From positions 1 to 64,000 of the IMG/VR virus record IMGVR_UViG_3300049460_000123: a DNA stretch of 64,000 nucleotides, one strand, 5' to 3'. The translations under genes were made by a program, and so were the position numbers. This document shows, one piece after another, positions 63,450 through 64,000 of the stretch; position 1 is the first letter of the stretch; each line of letters opens with the position of its first letter. Below the pieces are notes generated by a model. The model had not been told where the DNA came from, did no database searches, and saw nothing but the letters and a program-made list of their open reading frames with translations. Origin of the DNA: a virus.

Positions 63450-64000
63450 GGCTCGATCGTGAAGATTGGAAGGCCGAACGACTTGGTGATCTGGTCCGCG
63501 TCGTCACCCTCAGCGCCGCCGCCGACCGCGTCCGGATCCGCCGCTGCATCGCCCGGCTTGCCGAAGTCGCCGCCCGCGTCGTTCTGTGCGTCCGGCTTGC
63601 CGAACGGCGCCGGCTTGCCGTCCTCGCCATCCTTCGGCGCCGCGCCCGGTTGCTCCTGGCCGGGTTGCCCGAAGTCCCCGTCAGGCTGTTGCTGCTGCTG
63701 GTTCTCCGCTTGCCACACCGGCAGGAGCGAAGGATTCAGCGGCGCCGCGCCGATGCCGCCCGGCACCTTCGGCAGATCGTCCTCCGCGCGCATCTCGTCC
63801 CACGTCAGGATCAGCTTTTTGCGCTCGAACGCAATCTGCGGATCCTCCTCGTCGAGCCCGGTCCAGCGGAAAACGTACTTGTCGCCGAACTCCTGCACGA
63901 TAAAGTCCGTGAACAGGTTTTCGAAGTACGCCAGAAGCGGCCGCAGACCCTTGTCTTTCGAGTTGGCGAGCTTTTCCTCCGTGTCGTTGCCGGCGAGCGA
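63446..64000 (-). CDS. Portal protein, C-terminal part
   Basis: Open to window edge: SKDKGLRPLL...KYVFRWTG...TWDEMRA...LNP. Confidence 0.88.
   Translation of the reverse strand, partial: SLAGNDTEEKLANSKDKGLRPLLAYFENLFTDFIVQEFGDKYVFRWTGLDEEDPQIAFERKKLILTWDEMRAEDDLPKVPGGIGAAPLNPSLLPVWQAENQQQQQPDGDFGQPGQEQPGAAPKDGEDGKPAPFGKPDAQNDAGGDFGKPGDAAADPDAVGGGAEGDDADQITKSFGLPIFTIEP

Larger units (their letters stand above)
1..64000. mobile_element. Temperate myovirus-like phage/prophage genome segment (incomplete at both ends)
   Basis: Contiguous phage modules: replication, integrase, lysis, sheath/tube/baseplate, capsid, portal. No host housekeeping genes seen. Confidence 0.95.

Overview
The whole 64 kb window is phage DNA: a temperate, contractile-tailed (myovirus-type), high-GC phage, most plausibly of a Burkholderiales-like host (inference from composition, not proven). 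It begins inside a Dam-family methyltransferase and ends inside the portal gene. No terminase, cI-type repressor or host flank is visible. Layout: small early genes and an iteron-like element (1-5.9 kb); an SF2 helicase with four HA repeats, HTH genes, a metallophosphoesterase and a GIY-YIG endonuclease (5.9-11.4 kb); a leftward replication/modification operon of deaminase, C5-methyltransferase with a nested alternative-frame gene, TOPRIM primase-helicase, VRR-NUC, dATP/dGTP diphosphohydrolase, SSB and helicase (11.4-19.7 kb); a Cro-like switch and RecE/SMC-ATPase/annealing-protein/integrase (19.8-24.8 kb); lysis (25.4-27.6 kb); tail and baseplate (27.9-43.5 kb); neck and head (43.6-49.9 kb); and giant DarA/DarB-like polyvalent proteins, MuF and portal (50.3-64 kb). 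The most notable hidden structure is regulatory. (i) There are 14 copies of a phage promoter motif GTCGTGAC-N2-nAnnnT. At nine of them the predicted +1 coincides with an ATG (leaderless mRNA), and at most sites read-through RNA would fold the start codon or RBS into a hairpin. (ii) About a dozen 18-bp TTACTCA-N4-TGAGTAA operators are dispersed over early promoters. (iii) Two homologous GATACC-iteron/IHF origin-like elements lie about 52.7 kb apart. (iv) A shared hydrophobic-x-K-[A/S] motif occurs across capsid, scaffold, portal and the giant cargo proteins. (v) The tail chaperone has a candidate SD-assisted +1 frameshift. All functional calls come from motif recognition by eye; no database searches were run.
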